Source: Eledone cirrhosa
Taxonomy: Eukaryota
Direction of reading: 5' to 3'
Length of the DNA stretch: 64,000 bases
Assembly (NCBI GenBank): GCA_964016885.1
Contig: OZ024742.1
Span: forward strand, 149,420,001 to 149,484,000
Position 1 is the first letter of the stretch; each line of letters begins with the position of its first letter. Under the pieces are notes generated by a model. It was not told the DNA's origin. It saw only the letters and a program-made list of their open reading frames with translations, and made no database searches. Below are positions 1-14,472 of this stretch, one piece after another. The position numbers and the translations under genes are program-made.

Positions 1-1167
1 TCCCCACATACAGGGGGAAAAAGGACACAAAGAATAAAAATAATGAGTATCACACCAAATGTAAATATATGGTGGATACTATGTGGAATCATTGACTTTG
101 ATGAAGACAAGATAATTTCAATAAGAAAGTCCTCCGGAGGTGTATTTGGTGGGACCAGCGTAGAAGTTCTGGTGCAAATGAGCCCAGAACGAATAGCGAA
201 TATCCCACAACGCGTGGCTCTGGACGGGCTAACTTATATAAACATTTCAGTCGAGGGAAGGCAGCCGTCATGTTACCACTGCTTAAGCAGGGGTCACCTG
301 AGGGCTGCCTGTCCTCAATTAACGAGTAAAAAAAAAAAAGGTTCTTCTGCCAACCCCGAACACAACAACATAACCACCACCACAACCACCACCACCACCA
401 CCACCACAACAACAACAACAACAACCACAACAACACGGAAAAATAACAACACAAAACACTGTTCCACCCAACCCCTCCCCACCTAAAACAAATACAAAAG
501 CAACCACAACAAAACTCCAAAATATACCCCTCCCCAACAACACGGAAGAGGACTCCGTATCAACGTCACCCAGTGACGACGAGGGAGAACCCTTTCAACA
601 GGTGAAAAGGAAAAAAAAATGCACCACATTAACAAAAATGCTACAAACACACAACCACCAGCACAAACAGAACAAACATCACAACCCCCCCCCCCCTCCC
701 TCCCTCCCCAAAACATAACACATACTACAAAACGCAAACACGCACAAGAACAACAAACAAAAACAAACACAACTCAACAAAAACTCTATACATACATTAA
801 CAAGAACAATAAAACATTGATGAAAGCAATAGAAAATAACCATTCGGTGGAAACCGAAGGGATCACTTTCACCTACGCAGCGAACAAACCGCACCTAATG
901 ATGATTAGGGTCCCAACGGAAACCTATGTAACTTTGAAAAAGAACCATCCAATGCATGTGGGGACCAACTGCACCAAACCACTTAACCACGCCATATTGA
1001 GATGTTTCCCCACCCCCACACCAGACACCCACACCCCACCAAACACCCTATCCCACCACACACTGATGTCCTCACCCCACCACAAACCACCACCCAACCA
1101 AACAACCCTTCCAACACCCCCATGGAAATTGTGCAGCCTAGTCCCCAGGAGACGAAGAGGTAAGTAA
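1..1167 (+). pseudogene. LINE ORF1 (gag-like nucleic-acid-binding protein), interrupted
   Basis: Frame is open from base 1 through the 43..486 ORF and contains CYHCLSRGHLRAAC (CX2CX4HX4C). It is followed by a poly-Thr (ACC/ACA)n tract and a low-complexity continuation at 619..1167. Confidence 0.75.
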
Positions 1168-1205
1168 TTTCCTTTCCTCTTCCTTTTTAACTCTTCAGCA
1201 CCAAC

Positions 1206-4200
1206 ATGGCCAATATAAGAGTTGGATGTGTGAATGCACGCGGCCTGGGGATGTCCTGGAAACAGGGCAAACTCTTAAATGACCTCAGGTCGCAGAGTGG
1301 ATGTAATGGTTATTTGCGAGTCCAGGATCAGCAGCGAGCGCCAACTGGCCCCCATCTTTGACGACTTTGAGATCTACGCATCTCTCTGTCAGCCGAGGGG
1401 TGGGGGTGGGGTTGTCGTTCTGCTGCGAAAATACCTGGGTCTTGCCACACAGAAGGTACACCTGGACCCGGAGGGTCGACTGGTGGTTTTAGACGTCGGC
1501 AGTGGTGAAGGTGGAGCTTTCAGGCTGGTGGCAGCGTATGCCCCATCTGGGACACCGCGACCGGACTTCTTCCGACGCCTGGAGAATTTCCTGGAAACGT
1601 CTCGCTCCTTGCTTTTAGTGGGGGACTGGAATAGTATCCTGGATGCACGTTGGGACTATGTAGGGGCATGTCCCGATAGAGAGGGGGGTGTAACAGCCTC
1701 AAAGGATTAATCGGCCGATTTGATCTGGCCGATAGATATCGACTGGATTTTCCGACTGTGCCACGGTGGACGTGGAGTAATCGCAGTGGAACATCCAGGT
1801 CGTACCTAGATAGGTTCCTAGTTAGAAATAAGGATAGGGACATATTAAGCTGTCCACGAATGTTCATGGTTGACTATTCGGATCACAAGTTGTTGACCGG
1901 AGTGGTCAACCTTGATAGAACTCATAGACAGGGACCCGGTTACTGGAAGCTAAACTTGTCTTTACCGACAAACAAAGCTTACAGTAAGCGGATTAGCACA
2001 CTAGTTAAGCAGCGTTTGACGGGGGCAATTGTCAACAGCAGGTGGTGGGGCTCTCTCAAGAGAGAAATTAAAATAGAATCGATAGGTTTTAGTCGGGAAT
2101 TAGCATCAGATAGGAATAGAACTGAAAGGGAATTAACAAATAGAGTAGAAGAGGCGATTAGGAGTGGCAACGTGGCCGGCGTGCTGGCGTCAAGAACGGC
2201 CCTAGAACAGTTCTTTGATGCGAAGCACGAGGGCTGCGTTGTCAGGAGTAAAATACGTGCTCTGGGTAACGAGGGAGCCAAAGCTGTTAGCTGGGCCCGA
2301 GTGACAGAGGCAAAAAGTGGAAACAAGTCCACGATTCGGTCTTTGAAGGACCAGGATGGACGCGTGATCCTTGAACCTGAGCGGATGAGCGCGGCCTTTC
2401 AACGGCGCTTTGCACGACTGTTCGGGAGGAGCGGCGGGCCGGGTGGGGCCATGGATTTCGGTCCATACCTCGACGGTCTGGCGCGGCTCTCGGACGGGGA
2501 GGCGAAGTCCTGCGAGAGGCCGATTTCAGCCGCTGAAATAGGGAAAGCGCTGAGCCAATGCGGCAAACGCAAATCTCCGGGTCTCGATGGTCTACCATAC
2601 GAACTTTATGTAGCGATGCCGGGCTTGTTCTCCGGTCTCCTCGAGGCGGTCTACTGCAACTGGCAACAGAACGGGAGAATTCCCAGTTCTGTGACCAAGG
2701 GCGTAGTCACGCTGGTGAGGAAGGTCGAGAACAAGGGGGATGACATAGATAACTTCAGGCCCATAACTCTGCTAAACACAGAGTTAAAGATTTTGGCCAA
2801 GGTGTTAGCGAAGAGGTTGGCGCTTGTCGTCGGGAACCTGGTGGGAGAAGCGCAGACATGCGCAATCCCGTCCAGGTCCATACACGACAACCTCCACCTC
2901 ATGCGATACATCGTAGAGAGGGTAGGGAACGAACCCGGCTTTGGTGGGGCCCTGATAAACTTGGATCAATCTAAAGCGTTCGATAGGGTTGACCATCGGT
3001 ACCTGGATGCGGTGCTCGCGGCGGCAGGCTTCGGACCTGTTTTCAGGGGCTGGATTGCTGCAATGCACAGCAGCAACACCTGCTCGAGGGTCAAGGTGAA
3101 CGGCTACCTCTCGGAGCCGTTCCAAATCACGCGATCCATTCGACAGGGATGCCCTCTCTCCTCCCTTCTGTATGTGCTGGCTCTCGAGCCACTACTGAGG
3201 AAGCTGGAGCTGTTGCAGGGCATCCCCTTGGAACCGGGATTGCGGAAAGCGGTGTCGGCCTACGCCGATGACGTGACAGTAATGGTGTCGTGCGCCTCGG
3301 AAATCGGGCAGATCGGCACCTTACTGGAGGAATATGAAAGGTTCACAGGAGCCAAGCTGAACCGGGACAAGTCCGTCGGTTTGCAACTCGGGACGTGGAG
3401 GGGCAAAACGATGCCCTCCGACGGCATCGTCGGACGCTGGACGGAAGGACCGGTGAAGCTGCTCGGGGTCTGGTTCGGACCGGACCTCCAGGTGGAGAAA
3501 AACTGGGACGAGGTAACGGGCAAGGTGTTTGCACTCGCCCAGAAGTGGGCCGAGTGCAAACTATCCCTGAAAGGTCGAGCGGAGGTGGCGAACGCTTATA
3601 TAGCGTCCGTCATCTACTACCGCTTGACCGTCGTGCCTTGCCTAGAGAAAACACTCGCCAAAATGGAGCGCGCGCTCTTCCGATTTCTTTGAAAGAAGCG
3701 GGCTTCTTTGGTGAGAAGATCCATCTGCTGTCAACACCCTTCGAACGGAGGGCTGGGGAAGCCGTGGCTGACGATGCGTAGACACGCATTAAGGCTACGG
3801 CACCTCCAGGTATTCCTCACCGGTCAGCCGGTGTGGGCCCTGTTTGTGAAGCGAGCCTTTCCGAGACTCGTCTCACTCACCGAGCTGCAATCCTGGATCA
3901 AGCAAAGACCGAGAAAAATGGGCGACTGGCACATTGAATGTGCCCAGGCGCTCACGGCCCTCTGGCAAGCGGATCCGGCAATCAGTGGAGACTCAACCTC
4001 AACATTCTATAGAGGGTTGGTGCGCAGTAAGTGCGACGACGCTCTCGGACAGGCTCTGGGCATGGAGGAAGACGAGCTGGCCAGTCTGTTCGGTAGGACG
4101 TTTGGCCCGGGACCGATGGACAACTTCCAAAAGTCCCTGGCTTGGCAATGTTACCGAGGAGCTCTACCCGTTCGGGACAAGCTCTACAGACACGGGCGCC

Positions 4201-4643
4201 CGGGTAGGGACCCCTCGAAGAAGATCTGTCCAAGATGCGTGCGTGACGAGGAAACCGTCGCACACGCATTCGTACACTGCCCGGGCGTTGCTGACCTGTG
4301 GGGCTATGTAGAACGACTACTGTCGCGGGTGGGACCAATCCGGTTGACCACCGAGAACATTGTCACAATCAAACCGCCTCCCCCTTTCAAAAACGAAGGA
4401 GAGGCGGTTTTCCTCTGTGTGATAGCCATGGCGAAAGAAGTTGTATGGTGGACAAGGTTGAAAGGGCTGAGGTCAGACACCTATCTCTCCGGCCAACAAC
4501 TGGTCTTTTTTTTCAAGTACCACTTTAGAAGAAGGATCAGAATGGAGAGAGAGGTGCTCTACCCCAGCAAGTTTTATGAAAGATGGGTGAAAGTAGCGAG
4601 AATGGCCCGAGTGAATGGGCCTTCTCTCTATATCAGCCTGTAG
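1206..4643 (+). pseudogene. LINE ORF2: AP endonuclease, reverse transcriptase and zinc finger, with 3 lesions
   Basis: ATG at 1206 gives MANIRVGCVNARGL. EN motifs: VICESR, AYAP, GDWN, SYLDRFL, SDHK. RT motifs: KSPGLDG, FRPITLLN, DQSKAFDRV, RQGCPLS, YADD. C-terminal CPRC-x8-HAFVHC. Lesions: frameshift near 1290, frameshift in the G-run 1683-1688, in-frame TGA at 3690-3692. Confidence 0.92.
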
Positions 4644-4884
4644 GTGAGAGAGGAGAAGAATGAGGAGAGGAAGGAAGCACCCGCTCTTTGTGCTCCTGAA
4701 GAGGAGGGTTGCACATTTTTTCGGGGGTGTGTGCGACCCATGTCAACGCCCCTCCCTATTGAGGACATCGATTGTTAAATTTAATTTGTTATATGTTTTT
4801 ACACGTCTTTTTAAATGTATGTAAACTCCCCCCTTTGTATTTGTTCCAATCTTTGATGCCCTGGTGGCAAATAAATAAAAATAT

Positions 4885-5390
4885 ATATCCATTACCATCA
4901 AACTGTCCCCCTCTCTGTATCGACCACGACACAGTCTTTTTCATCCTCCTCTCTATATCTATCTACATTTATCTCTCCATATCCCTCTCTATATACCAAT
5001 AACACTCATTATACTCTCATTATACCTCTCTCGATATACACGAACACCAATCTAACCCCCTCTATATGTCTATTACACAAAGCTCTCTCATAATCACACT
5101 CTCTATATCTACTACCTCCAGTAAACTCTCCCCTTCACTATATCTATCTAGACTTATCTCTCCCAATCCCCCTCCCTATATCTATCACCACCAAACTCTC
5201 CTCATCTCTATAGGTACTCTCTTTTAAGCCCCCTCTCAATATCAATTAACACTAAATTCTCCCCCTCTTTATATCTACAACGACACTGTCTCTCTAATTA
5301 CCCCTCTCTATATTAATCACCACTACACTGTACCCCTTTATATATATACTATACAACAATCTCTCTCAATCCCCCTCTCTCTATCAATTA
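4885..5390. repeat. Degenerate CT/TA-rich tandem repeat (CTCTCTATATC-like units)
   Basis: Recurrent ctctctatatc/ccctctc motifs directly downstream of the LINE tail. Confidence 0.55.
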
Positions 5391-5787
5391 CCCTCAGGTC
5401 TTGAATAATCGTCCTCACCTCGCTTATTAATTTTTTAGATGTCCCCCCCCCCCCCCGCTTTTACTCCAACAACACCCAAAACCCCACCCCGCTTTTACTC
5501 CAAGAACACCCAACATCCCACCCGCGCTTATTAAATTTTGCTAATCTATCTCCGGCGAAATTTTATTGTAAGTGATTTATATTGTAAGTGATTTATATTG
5601 TAAGTGATTTATATTGATACAGCAGCTGGAGAATCTAATAATAATTGTATTTTGAATTAAAAAAAATATTATATATGACAAAAAGAGAACATTACAAGAA
5701 ATCCCATATTTACGAACGTACACTATACTATTACCCATCCCCCGCTTATAAGAATATAAGCAAATGGCCTGTTATTTGGGACCCGGG

Positions 5788-5790
<3 letters not shown>
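5390..5790. mobile_element. Probable pogo/Tc1-type MITE, diverged
   Basis: Imperfect TIRs CTCAGGTCTTGAATAATCGTCC ... GGCCTGTTATTTGGGACCCGGGAG. Internal repeated CCCGCTT(A/T)T motifs and a 16-bp GTAAGTGATTTATATT triplication. Confidence 0.45.
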
Positions 5791-5823
<33 letters not shown>

Positions 5824-6111
5824 TACATATATATATTCAGTGGTGGTGGAAGCATTTCTGATTGTGTATGTGTGTGAGGGGGGAGGAGGGGGTTTGTTCA
5901 ATATAGTCTCAGTGATTAGTTTAGTTTTTTGCCCTCTTAAATAGTCAGAAAAACAGGTCATATTATATTTACAGGTGTTTCAATAATTATAAAGTGATTA
6001 TTACAAAATGACCTATGAAATCCGTCTCTGAATACACATATTAGCAATTGATATGTGGAGAAAAATTTATGACATGACAACAAAATTTACTATGAAGGCT
6101 AACATAAAATA

Positions 6112-6297
6112 TTTGTTTCTACTTTAGGGACAAAGCCAGCAAATACTCAGTTCATTACTGGTACTTTATTTTATCGACCCCGTAAGGATGAAAGGCAAAG
6201 TCAACCTCGGCGGGATTTGAACTCAGATCATAAAGGGACGTAACTATGCTGGAAAGCATGGCGTCCGAACCTCTACCAATACTGCCAATTCACCGCC
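6112..6297 (-). mobile_element. tRNA-derived SINE, family A
   Basis: Minus strand reads GGCGGTGAATTGGCAGTATTGG (A box) ... GAGTTCAAATCCC (B box), core GCCTTTCATCCTTACGGGGTCGATAAAATAAAGTACC (resembles the MetaSINE domain), tail ...GTAGAAACA. Many near-identical copies occur in the window. Confidence 0.9.
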
Positions 6298-7309
6298 TAA
6301 CATAAAATATTATCAAATATTAAGATACAAAAAACTTCGATATACGATAAAAATAACATGTACATAAATTGTAGCGCATATACAAATAGATATGTGTTTT
6401 GGTAGTTTAGGGAGAGAAATATAATTATAGTGTCACCGCGCCCATAACTATGCTGTCCGACTCTCTACCGACACTGTCAATCCATCGCCCTTTTAAACAA
6501 CGAAAGAATAATTTAGATGATATAATCTAGATATTTCCAGATAACACCAGAGCGGTTATATATAGTTTTGATCAGGGTTCTGTTCAGTCAGAGCTGACAA
6601 ACGAAGCTCAAGAAGCACATCAAAACAAAAAGAAAACAAAAATAATTGCACTAACAATATATAAGTTATTGTTGTTTATCTCCAAGTCGGTTCTAATCGA
6701 GAAAATCCATGATAAAAAATATGACAGCTATAAGGCCCTAAAATGTGTAATATGCATATATCCTTATTTAAGACGGCTGTGTGTGATTTGAGAAAGATGT
6801 GGTCGCTATTTTTAGCAAACTGAGAGACTATGCAGAGGCTCCTCCATTGGCTAGCACAGCATTTAGGTTGTCGAAGACGCTGACTTTCTTAACAGATTTA
6901 AGTTAGCTAAAAATACACGAAAACTGGAAATCAGAATCAAAGTTTTCTGCAGTCTTTAGAATGGTTGCTGTGAACCATCTAAAAAAAAAAAAAAATGCGT
7001 GTTTTTGGCAACTGTAAGTCTATTCTTTAAAGTCCTTACCAACAACTACTTATATTTTAGAAATCAGAACAGTTGTAAAGAATTCCAAGTGAAGCATTGT
7101 ATGTAAAAACTGTTGTGTCTGGTGCCTATCTTTCATTTCTCGTTCTGAGTAAAATATTTTGTTATGCAACGTCATCTGTTTTCTTTACATCTCATATTTT
7201 ACTGAATACCACAAACACCACCAACTATACATATACACACATACACACATACATACAGACCATTTACGTATGTACGTATGTACATTACAATATACTTTCA
7301 TACACACAC

Positions 7310-8595
<1,286 letters not shown>

Positions 8596-8613
8596 ATTAA
8601 AATAACAGATTAA

Positions 8614-8664
8614 AGTTTAAGCAAAGAATCGCTGCTTTAACCCTTAACGGGATCTTCTGAAACT
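8614..8664 (-). ncRNA. Hammerhead-like motif, type I, variant core CAGAAGA, with G12 lost
   Basis: AGUUU-CAGAAGA-UCCC GUUAA GGGU-UAAA-GCA(GCGAUUCUU)UGC-UU-AAACU. Stems I, II and III all form. A related copy lies at 60159-60208. Confidence 0.55.
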
Positions 8665-8959
8665 AACAAAGTCAATCTGTAAACGCAGAACTGGATATTT
8701 CAAAAAACGTTGCAACCGGAGGAAGACAGGAAGACGATACTTTGGTTCGTGGAAACGTTCCCTGGCAAAGAACGGGAAAAAACGAATATAATACGTCATT
8801 AATAGGAGCGGTGAAAAACAATACGCGCAAAGACAGAACCACGTTTATAGTATAATGGAAAGGCACCTAAGCAATGGCAATCGGGAGTGATAATCCCAAT
8901 TTTCAGAATGTGAGACAAGAGAGTTTGTTTCAATTACAGAGGGGTCTCCTTGTAAAGTC

Positions 8960-9933
8960 TATGCTAAGTGTCTGGTAAAGAGATGTAGGGAGCTTGTTGA
9001 GTCCAAGCTAGCTGATGAACAACGTGGTTTTCGCCTCGGACGCAGCACAGCTGACCAAATATTCACACTGCGGCAGGTCTTCGAGAAATCGTAGGAGGGA
9101 GTATTTCCAAGAGGTAGATTCTTGTTATGTCGACCTCGAAAAGGCATATGATCGCTTTCTTCGGAACCTTCTGTGGAAGGTTGTGTGGGAGTATGGGATC
9201 GATGACCAGGTTCTTGTTGCCCTAATATCTATATGAATGTCCATTTATAAATGGTGCTAAATCGAAACCATTCAATGTGGGATTCGGGCTCCGCTAAGGG
9301 TTGGTACAGTCACCCCTTATGTTCATTATTTACATGAATAGGATTGACATGCGCAACCGGGTTGGAAGTCGTATCATGACTGGCAGATGTAAAATCAGTC
9401 GGCTGGAATTTTCAGACGACACGCTGTTAGTTAACTCGACAGAAGGTAATCTTGATGGGTTTGATGCCGAGTGCTGCATGGCTGGAATGAAAATCAATGC
9501 AGCGAAAACTGAGACACTCTCTTCTCAATGATAGCGAATTCAAGCAGCCGAAATGGGATTCCTCCAAAGGGTCTTTGGAGTAATGTTACTCGATAAAGTG
9601 CATAGCTCGGAGATCAGAGAGTCACTCCAGGTAGAGCCACTACTTCTCCGAATAGAATGATCACAGCTCCGACACTATGGCTATGTGGTTAGAATGTTTC
9701 AGGAAAGAATCACTTGACAGATTTTATGGGCAAAACAAACGGCAGGAGACCCAGCGGCAGACCCCGAGCAAAATGGTTGAATAACATCGCTTGGGTATCC
9801 ATCTGGATCAGCTGGTGACCCTTGATTTTGATAGGATCCACAGGAAGGAGTGCTTGAGGACTCTGCTCCCCCATGACTGTCTCAAGAAGAAGAAGAAGAA
9901 GAAGAAGAAGAAGAAGAAGAAGAAGAAGAAGAA
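8960..9933 (+). mobile_element. RTE-clade LINE, 5'-truncated degenerate RT and 3' end with (AAG)n tail
   Basis: Translated pieces EQRGFRLGRSTADQIFTLRQ, VDLEKAYD, QSPLMFIIYM, LEFSDD, GRRPSGRPRAKW. (AAG)n at 9884-9933. Confidence 0.85.
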
Positions 9934-11100
9934 ATTCAAATATAGCAAATATCATGCACAATTGTTATTTAGACTAAGTTTATGAGAACAGATATTTCGG
10001 CCCCGTCTTCTTCGTAAATATATTCAGTTATTAACTTTAAAAAATGATTAATTCAAACAAATATCTCATTTTTAAAATTAAATCTCCTCGGCATTTAATG
10101 CTGGAAATGTTCCAGCAGTATCTATAAAAAACTGTCTTTGTTTTTTCTTCTGAGAGGACAATGACTCTTGTTATTATGGACTTGCAAACACAATATCAAC
10201 CCGTCTAAATCCATTTGATGCACTGACTTTCACTCTAACCGCCCAGTCTCCGTATTACAAATACAATCACGACCCATCCATTTCATATAGAAGACAGGTC
10301 AACGGTACTTATGTTTAGCGATTGGAAGTTTTCACTTCCAGCAAACATGTTACAGTACCGAGATTTAGATATAGAGTTTCAGCTATAGAAAATATACTTT
10401 ATTAACGGTGACATTTATATATGTTTTTCAGCGATAACAAATATGCCTTAACATCGACTTTGAGATATGAACTTTTCAGCTACAGCACATATTGGCATGG
10501 CATACAGAGTAGAGAGATTAAACGTTCTTGGTCAAACACAACTAACAAAAGAGCTCGTCTTTGTTTAATTTTGCTTGTTTATTGTTTATTTTTTCCTTTT
10601 GAACGGAAAAAAAATGGTTAACAATTACGCGATAAATTGTAGATACTTATTTTCTCTCTAAAGCTGTCAAAGATGATAATAAAAGAATGGGTGGAAGGAA
10701 AGAAAAGGAGACGTCAGACTAAGTATTGTTGACTTTAGTCATGAAGTGTCACCTGACAAAGATCTAGCGTCTGGTAAATGTTTCAAATGTCGATGGTATG
10801 CGGATGTTGTAGCCACCCATATCATATAGGTCGGGTGGTGTTGGTTGTAGCAAACAGTAGAATTTGTCCCTCAGATAGAGAGACAGATAGCTACCTAGAC
10901 AAAGAGACAAGCAAGTAGAAATACAAGCATATAGATAGGTAGATTAACAGATGGATGAATGGGCGTGTGGGAGTACGTTTGCGTGCAGCCAGCGTAGAGG
11001 AGGGTATGCAAAGCAGGTACCATTTCCTGTTCTAAACAGATACACATATACACATACAAGTACACACACGTACATACCACACACACTACACACGTACATA

Positions 11101-11176
<76 letters not shown>

Positions 11177-11249
11177 CACATACTACACACACTACACACA
11201 CACACACTACACACACACACTACACACACACACATACACATATATTTAA

Positions 11250-11575
11250 GGCGTATGGCTTAGTGGGTAGAACGTTGGGCTTGCAATCGAGAGATCGTGA
11301 GTTCGATTCCAGGATCGGGTGATGCGTCTTATCCTTGAGCAAGACACTTTATTTCACGTTGCTCCAGTTTACTCAGCTGTAGAAATGAGTTACGACGTCA
11401 CTGATGCCAAGCCGTGTTAGCCATTGCCTTTCCTTTGGACAAGTGGAGTGCAGAGGGGAGACTGGTATGCATGGGTGACTGCTGGTCGTTCAAAAAAAAA
11501 AAACAACCTTTCCCAGACTTGTGCCTCGGAGGGGAATTTTCTAGATGCAAATCCCATAGTTATTTGTGACCAAAT
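11250..11575 (+). mobile_element. tRNA-derived SINE, family B (CORE/V-like central domain)
   Basis: TGGCTTAGTGG A box, GAGTTCGATTCC B box, then CCTTGAGCAAGACACTTTATTTCACGTTGCTCCAGT. Related copies at 15200-15490, 41700-41930 and 60820-61090 (all minus). Confidence 0.85.
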
Positions 11576-12556
11576 GTGGTTTTTATATATATATGTTCCG
11601 TTTATGTTGGATGGTTTAACTAATGGGTCTAGCCATTCCGATGAGCAGACCATGATGCAATGAGTAAAATATATATACGTCCACGCACACATGTGCAAAA
11701 TATATAAACTTGTATGCCCACTCATATACACATATAAATAAAAGCACTCGTCATTATGTCATTATATGTATCGTCCATCATAGATGTAGTATCTCGTGAT
11801 TGGTGCAGGAATGGAGTTAAATATTTCAATGAAAATGGAAGGCCGGATTCCAATATATTCCTTTAATGTTGCACAATAATACATATCTCCATGGCCGGCT
11901 TACGTCAGCAGACTATGACGCAAGATTATAGGAGACGTCATCAGATATAATGAACATAGAAGATTTAAATGATTTATTTCAGGAAACCCTACTGGGTTAG
12001 GGCAAAATCTAAACGAAGAATTGATACGGAGGTGGTCCGGCTAGTGATGCGATCACTACGAAGGAGGTGAGTGGGTGTGTGTATTTTATTTACGGTCGCA
12101 TACGTTTTTACGTGTATATATGTTTGAATATATGTTTGTATATATGTTTGTATATATGTTTGTATATGTATGTGTGGGTGTTGTGTGTTGTATTGGCAAT
12201 TAGGATAATTTTGATGATTGTGGTGGTGGTACTTATGGTATATATGTAGTTACTATTGCTGTGGTTGTGGATTAGAAAGTAGCCCCCGCCTCCATATTTG
12301 GATAGATAAGAAGACTTCCTTGTTTATATCTGTTAAATGTTATCGGAATGACGAATCAAACAAATGAAGTACCAAAACAGCAGTAGTGGCGGACAAAGGA
12401 AAGAAAAAAAAAAGAAAAAAGAATACGGCTGGTGTTTGTGTTTGTGTAATTGAACGTGCACATATACGCATTATACACACCGTATTATCAAGTCTATTAG
12501 TGTAATGATAAATAAAATGTCCATAGGGCGGAATTACTATATATATATATATATAT

Positions 12557-12892
<336 letters not shown>

Positions 12893-12986
12893 TATACGTA
12901 TGTATGCAAAACGTAAACAGAAATAAAAATGCAAACGACACAGTACAATGAAAAAATATTAGTTTGTATATATATATGTATGAACA

Positions 12987-13171
12987 GATTCAGGACTCCG
13001 ATGGCTGAGCTCCGGCCGTTTCGACACCTAGATCCGATTCTAGCTATCGAAACGGCCGGAGCTCAGCCGTCGGGGTCCTGACTCTTTTCATATTACCCAC
13101 TCTACTGCCCTAAGTATCGAGTACTCTGGTGCGTTATGGTCCACCTGGTATCTTACCACACCCTCTTTGTT
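12987..13171 (+). mobile_element. Hairpin-ended hammerhead-half element, copy 2 (subfamily variant)
   Basis: Palindrome 12987-13084 with an imperfect centre, GAAA-CGGC...GCCG-UC, the same 3' tail as copy 1, and TA-rich flanks. Confidence 0.75.
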
Positions 13172-13182
13172 TATATATATAT

Positions 13183-13954
13183 ACTAGCAGCTGAGCACGG
13201 TTGCGCCCGGGGCCACTTTTTATTAAGTTAATAATTTGAAAAATATTATTGAAAGTTTATTATAAAGAAGCAGTTTCAGGAAAGAAAATTGAAATATGCA
13301 CGTGAAAAGCGTTGTTTATTAACAGCGAAATAGCAATGTCGATGATATGCAATTTGAAAAATACTACTTACTGTTAGTGGTGGTTAACATGTATTAGAAT
13401 TAAAATAAAAACACGCGTCCCTTCTTCGCAATTTAAGGGTTTTATTTCTTTTGATGGAAAACAGTGACCGTACTGCAGAATCGATTTCATAAAACGGTAC
13501 TGTATGATCGTTAAATGTAGAAGGATGATAGTTTATTAACAGCGAAATAGCAATGTCGATGATATGCAAGTTTTAAAATGCATATTATGAAGGTCTGTAT
13601 GATAGTTAACACTTTTTCCTGAAATTGCTTCTTTATAATAAACTTTCAATAATATTTTTCAAATTATTGGTACTGTATGCTAACAGCGAAAGAACGTTGA
13701 TATGTTTAAACATTTGTATGAAATTGTAAATAACTCAGCCAAGTATTAGAACAGGGGGAAATAACTCACCGAACGCGATAGTAAATAGACCGTTTGGGGG
13801 CCCTAGGGACCACATTTTTCAAGTTAGAGATTTGAAACCTCGTCTATTTGCTTCCTTGGCACTTTTTACATAGGTGTGTAAATTTCCATGTCCGTCCGAC
13901 CACGTCTACTACCATTTAACCGTGCACATCTGAATTTCAACCACCACCCTTTTC

Positions 13955-13960
<6 letters not shown>
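13183..13960 (-). mobile_element. Non-autonomous Helitron-like element
   Basis: Minus strand ends CCCGGGCGCAACCGTGCTCAGCTGCTAG|T (GC-rich subterminal hairpin plus CTAG) and starts in a TA tract. Internal 54-bp inverted repeat (13230-13283/13615-13668) and 39-bp direct repeat (13314/13531). Confidence 0.65.
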
Positions 13961-14007
<47 letters not shown>

Positions 14008-14028
14008 TACACGGGTGTGATGTGTGTG

Positions 14029-14189
14029 CAGGGACGTCTTAACAGCATTATAGGCCCCCCCGGGCAAAGCAGAGCACTGGAGCCCCTACCTACACAACCA
14101 CTCACAGGAATAAAAATACAAATGGGCCCCTTATCCTCGTGGGGTCCCAGGGCAACTGCCCAGCGTGCCCATGCGTTAAGACGGCCCTG
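14029..14189. mobile_element. hAT-type MITE
   Basis: TIRs CAGGGACGTCTTAAC / GTTAAGACGGCCCTG, flanked by 8-bp TGTGTGTG on both sides. Confidence 0.8.
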
Positions 14190-14289
14190 TGTGTGTGTGT
14201 GAGTGTGTGTGTGTGTATGTGTGTGTAGATGTACGCATGTATGCATGTATACACACACACACGCACACACACACATATATAATCATAGT

Positions 14290-14472
14290 AATTGTTTCTA
14301 CTTTAGGCACAAGGCCAGCAATTACCCAGTGCATGACTGGTACTTTATTTTATCGACCCCGTAAGGATGAAAGGAAAAGTCAACCTCGGCGGGATTTGAA
14401 CTCAGATCGTAAAGGGACGTAACTATGTTGGAAAGCATGGCGTCCGACCCTCTACCGATACTGCCAATCCAC
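14290..14472 (-). mobile_element. SINE family A
   Basis: Near-identical to 51185-51371 and 55619-55805. Confidence 0.9.

Larger units (their letters stand above)
1..4880 (+). mobile_element. Tx1/L1-clade non-LTR retrotransposon, near full length; 5' end lies left of the window
   Basis: ORF1 with a CCHC knuckle, then ORF2 with APE endonuclease, RT and a C-terminal Cys/His finger. The 3' UTR ends in ATAAATAAAAA near 4870-4881. ORF2 is far more GC/CpG-rich than its flanks. Confidence 0.93.

Noticed and set aside
1520-4528. Antisense and alternative-frame ORFs inside LINE ORF2
   Set aside because: Shadow ORFs of GC-rich coding sequence.
4695-4745. CTGAAGA plus stem-loop in the Tx1 3' UTR as a hammerhead
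   Set aside because: No GAAA box follows the stem. More likely an ordinary LINE 3' stem-loop.
11250-11325. tRNA genes at SINE heads
   Set aside because: A/B boxes run directly into SINE cores and tails, and no complete cloverleaf forms.
10720-12000. Short protein-like open stretches on the minus strand (about 10770-10860 and 11762-11890)
   Set aside because: Short, with no recognisable domain and no convincing pair of splice sites.
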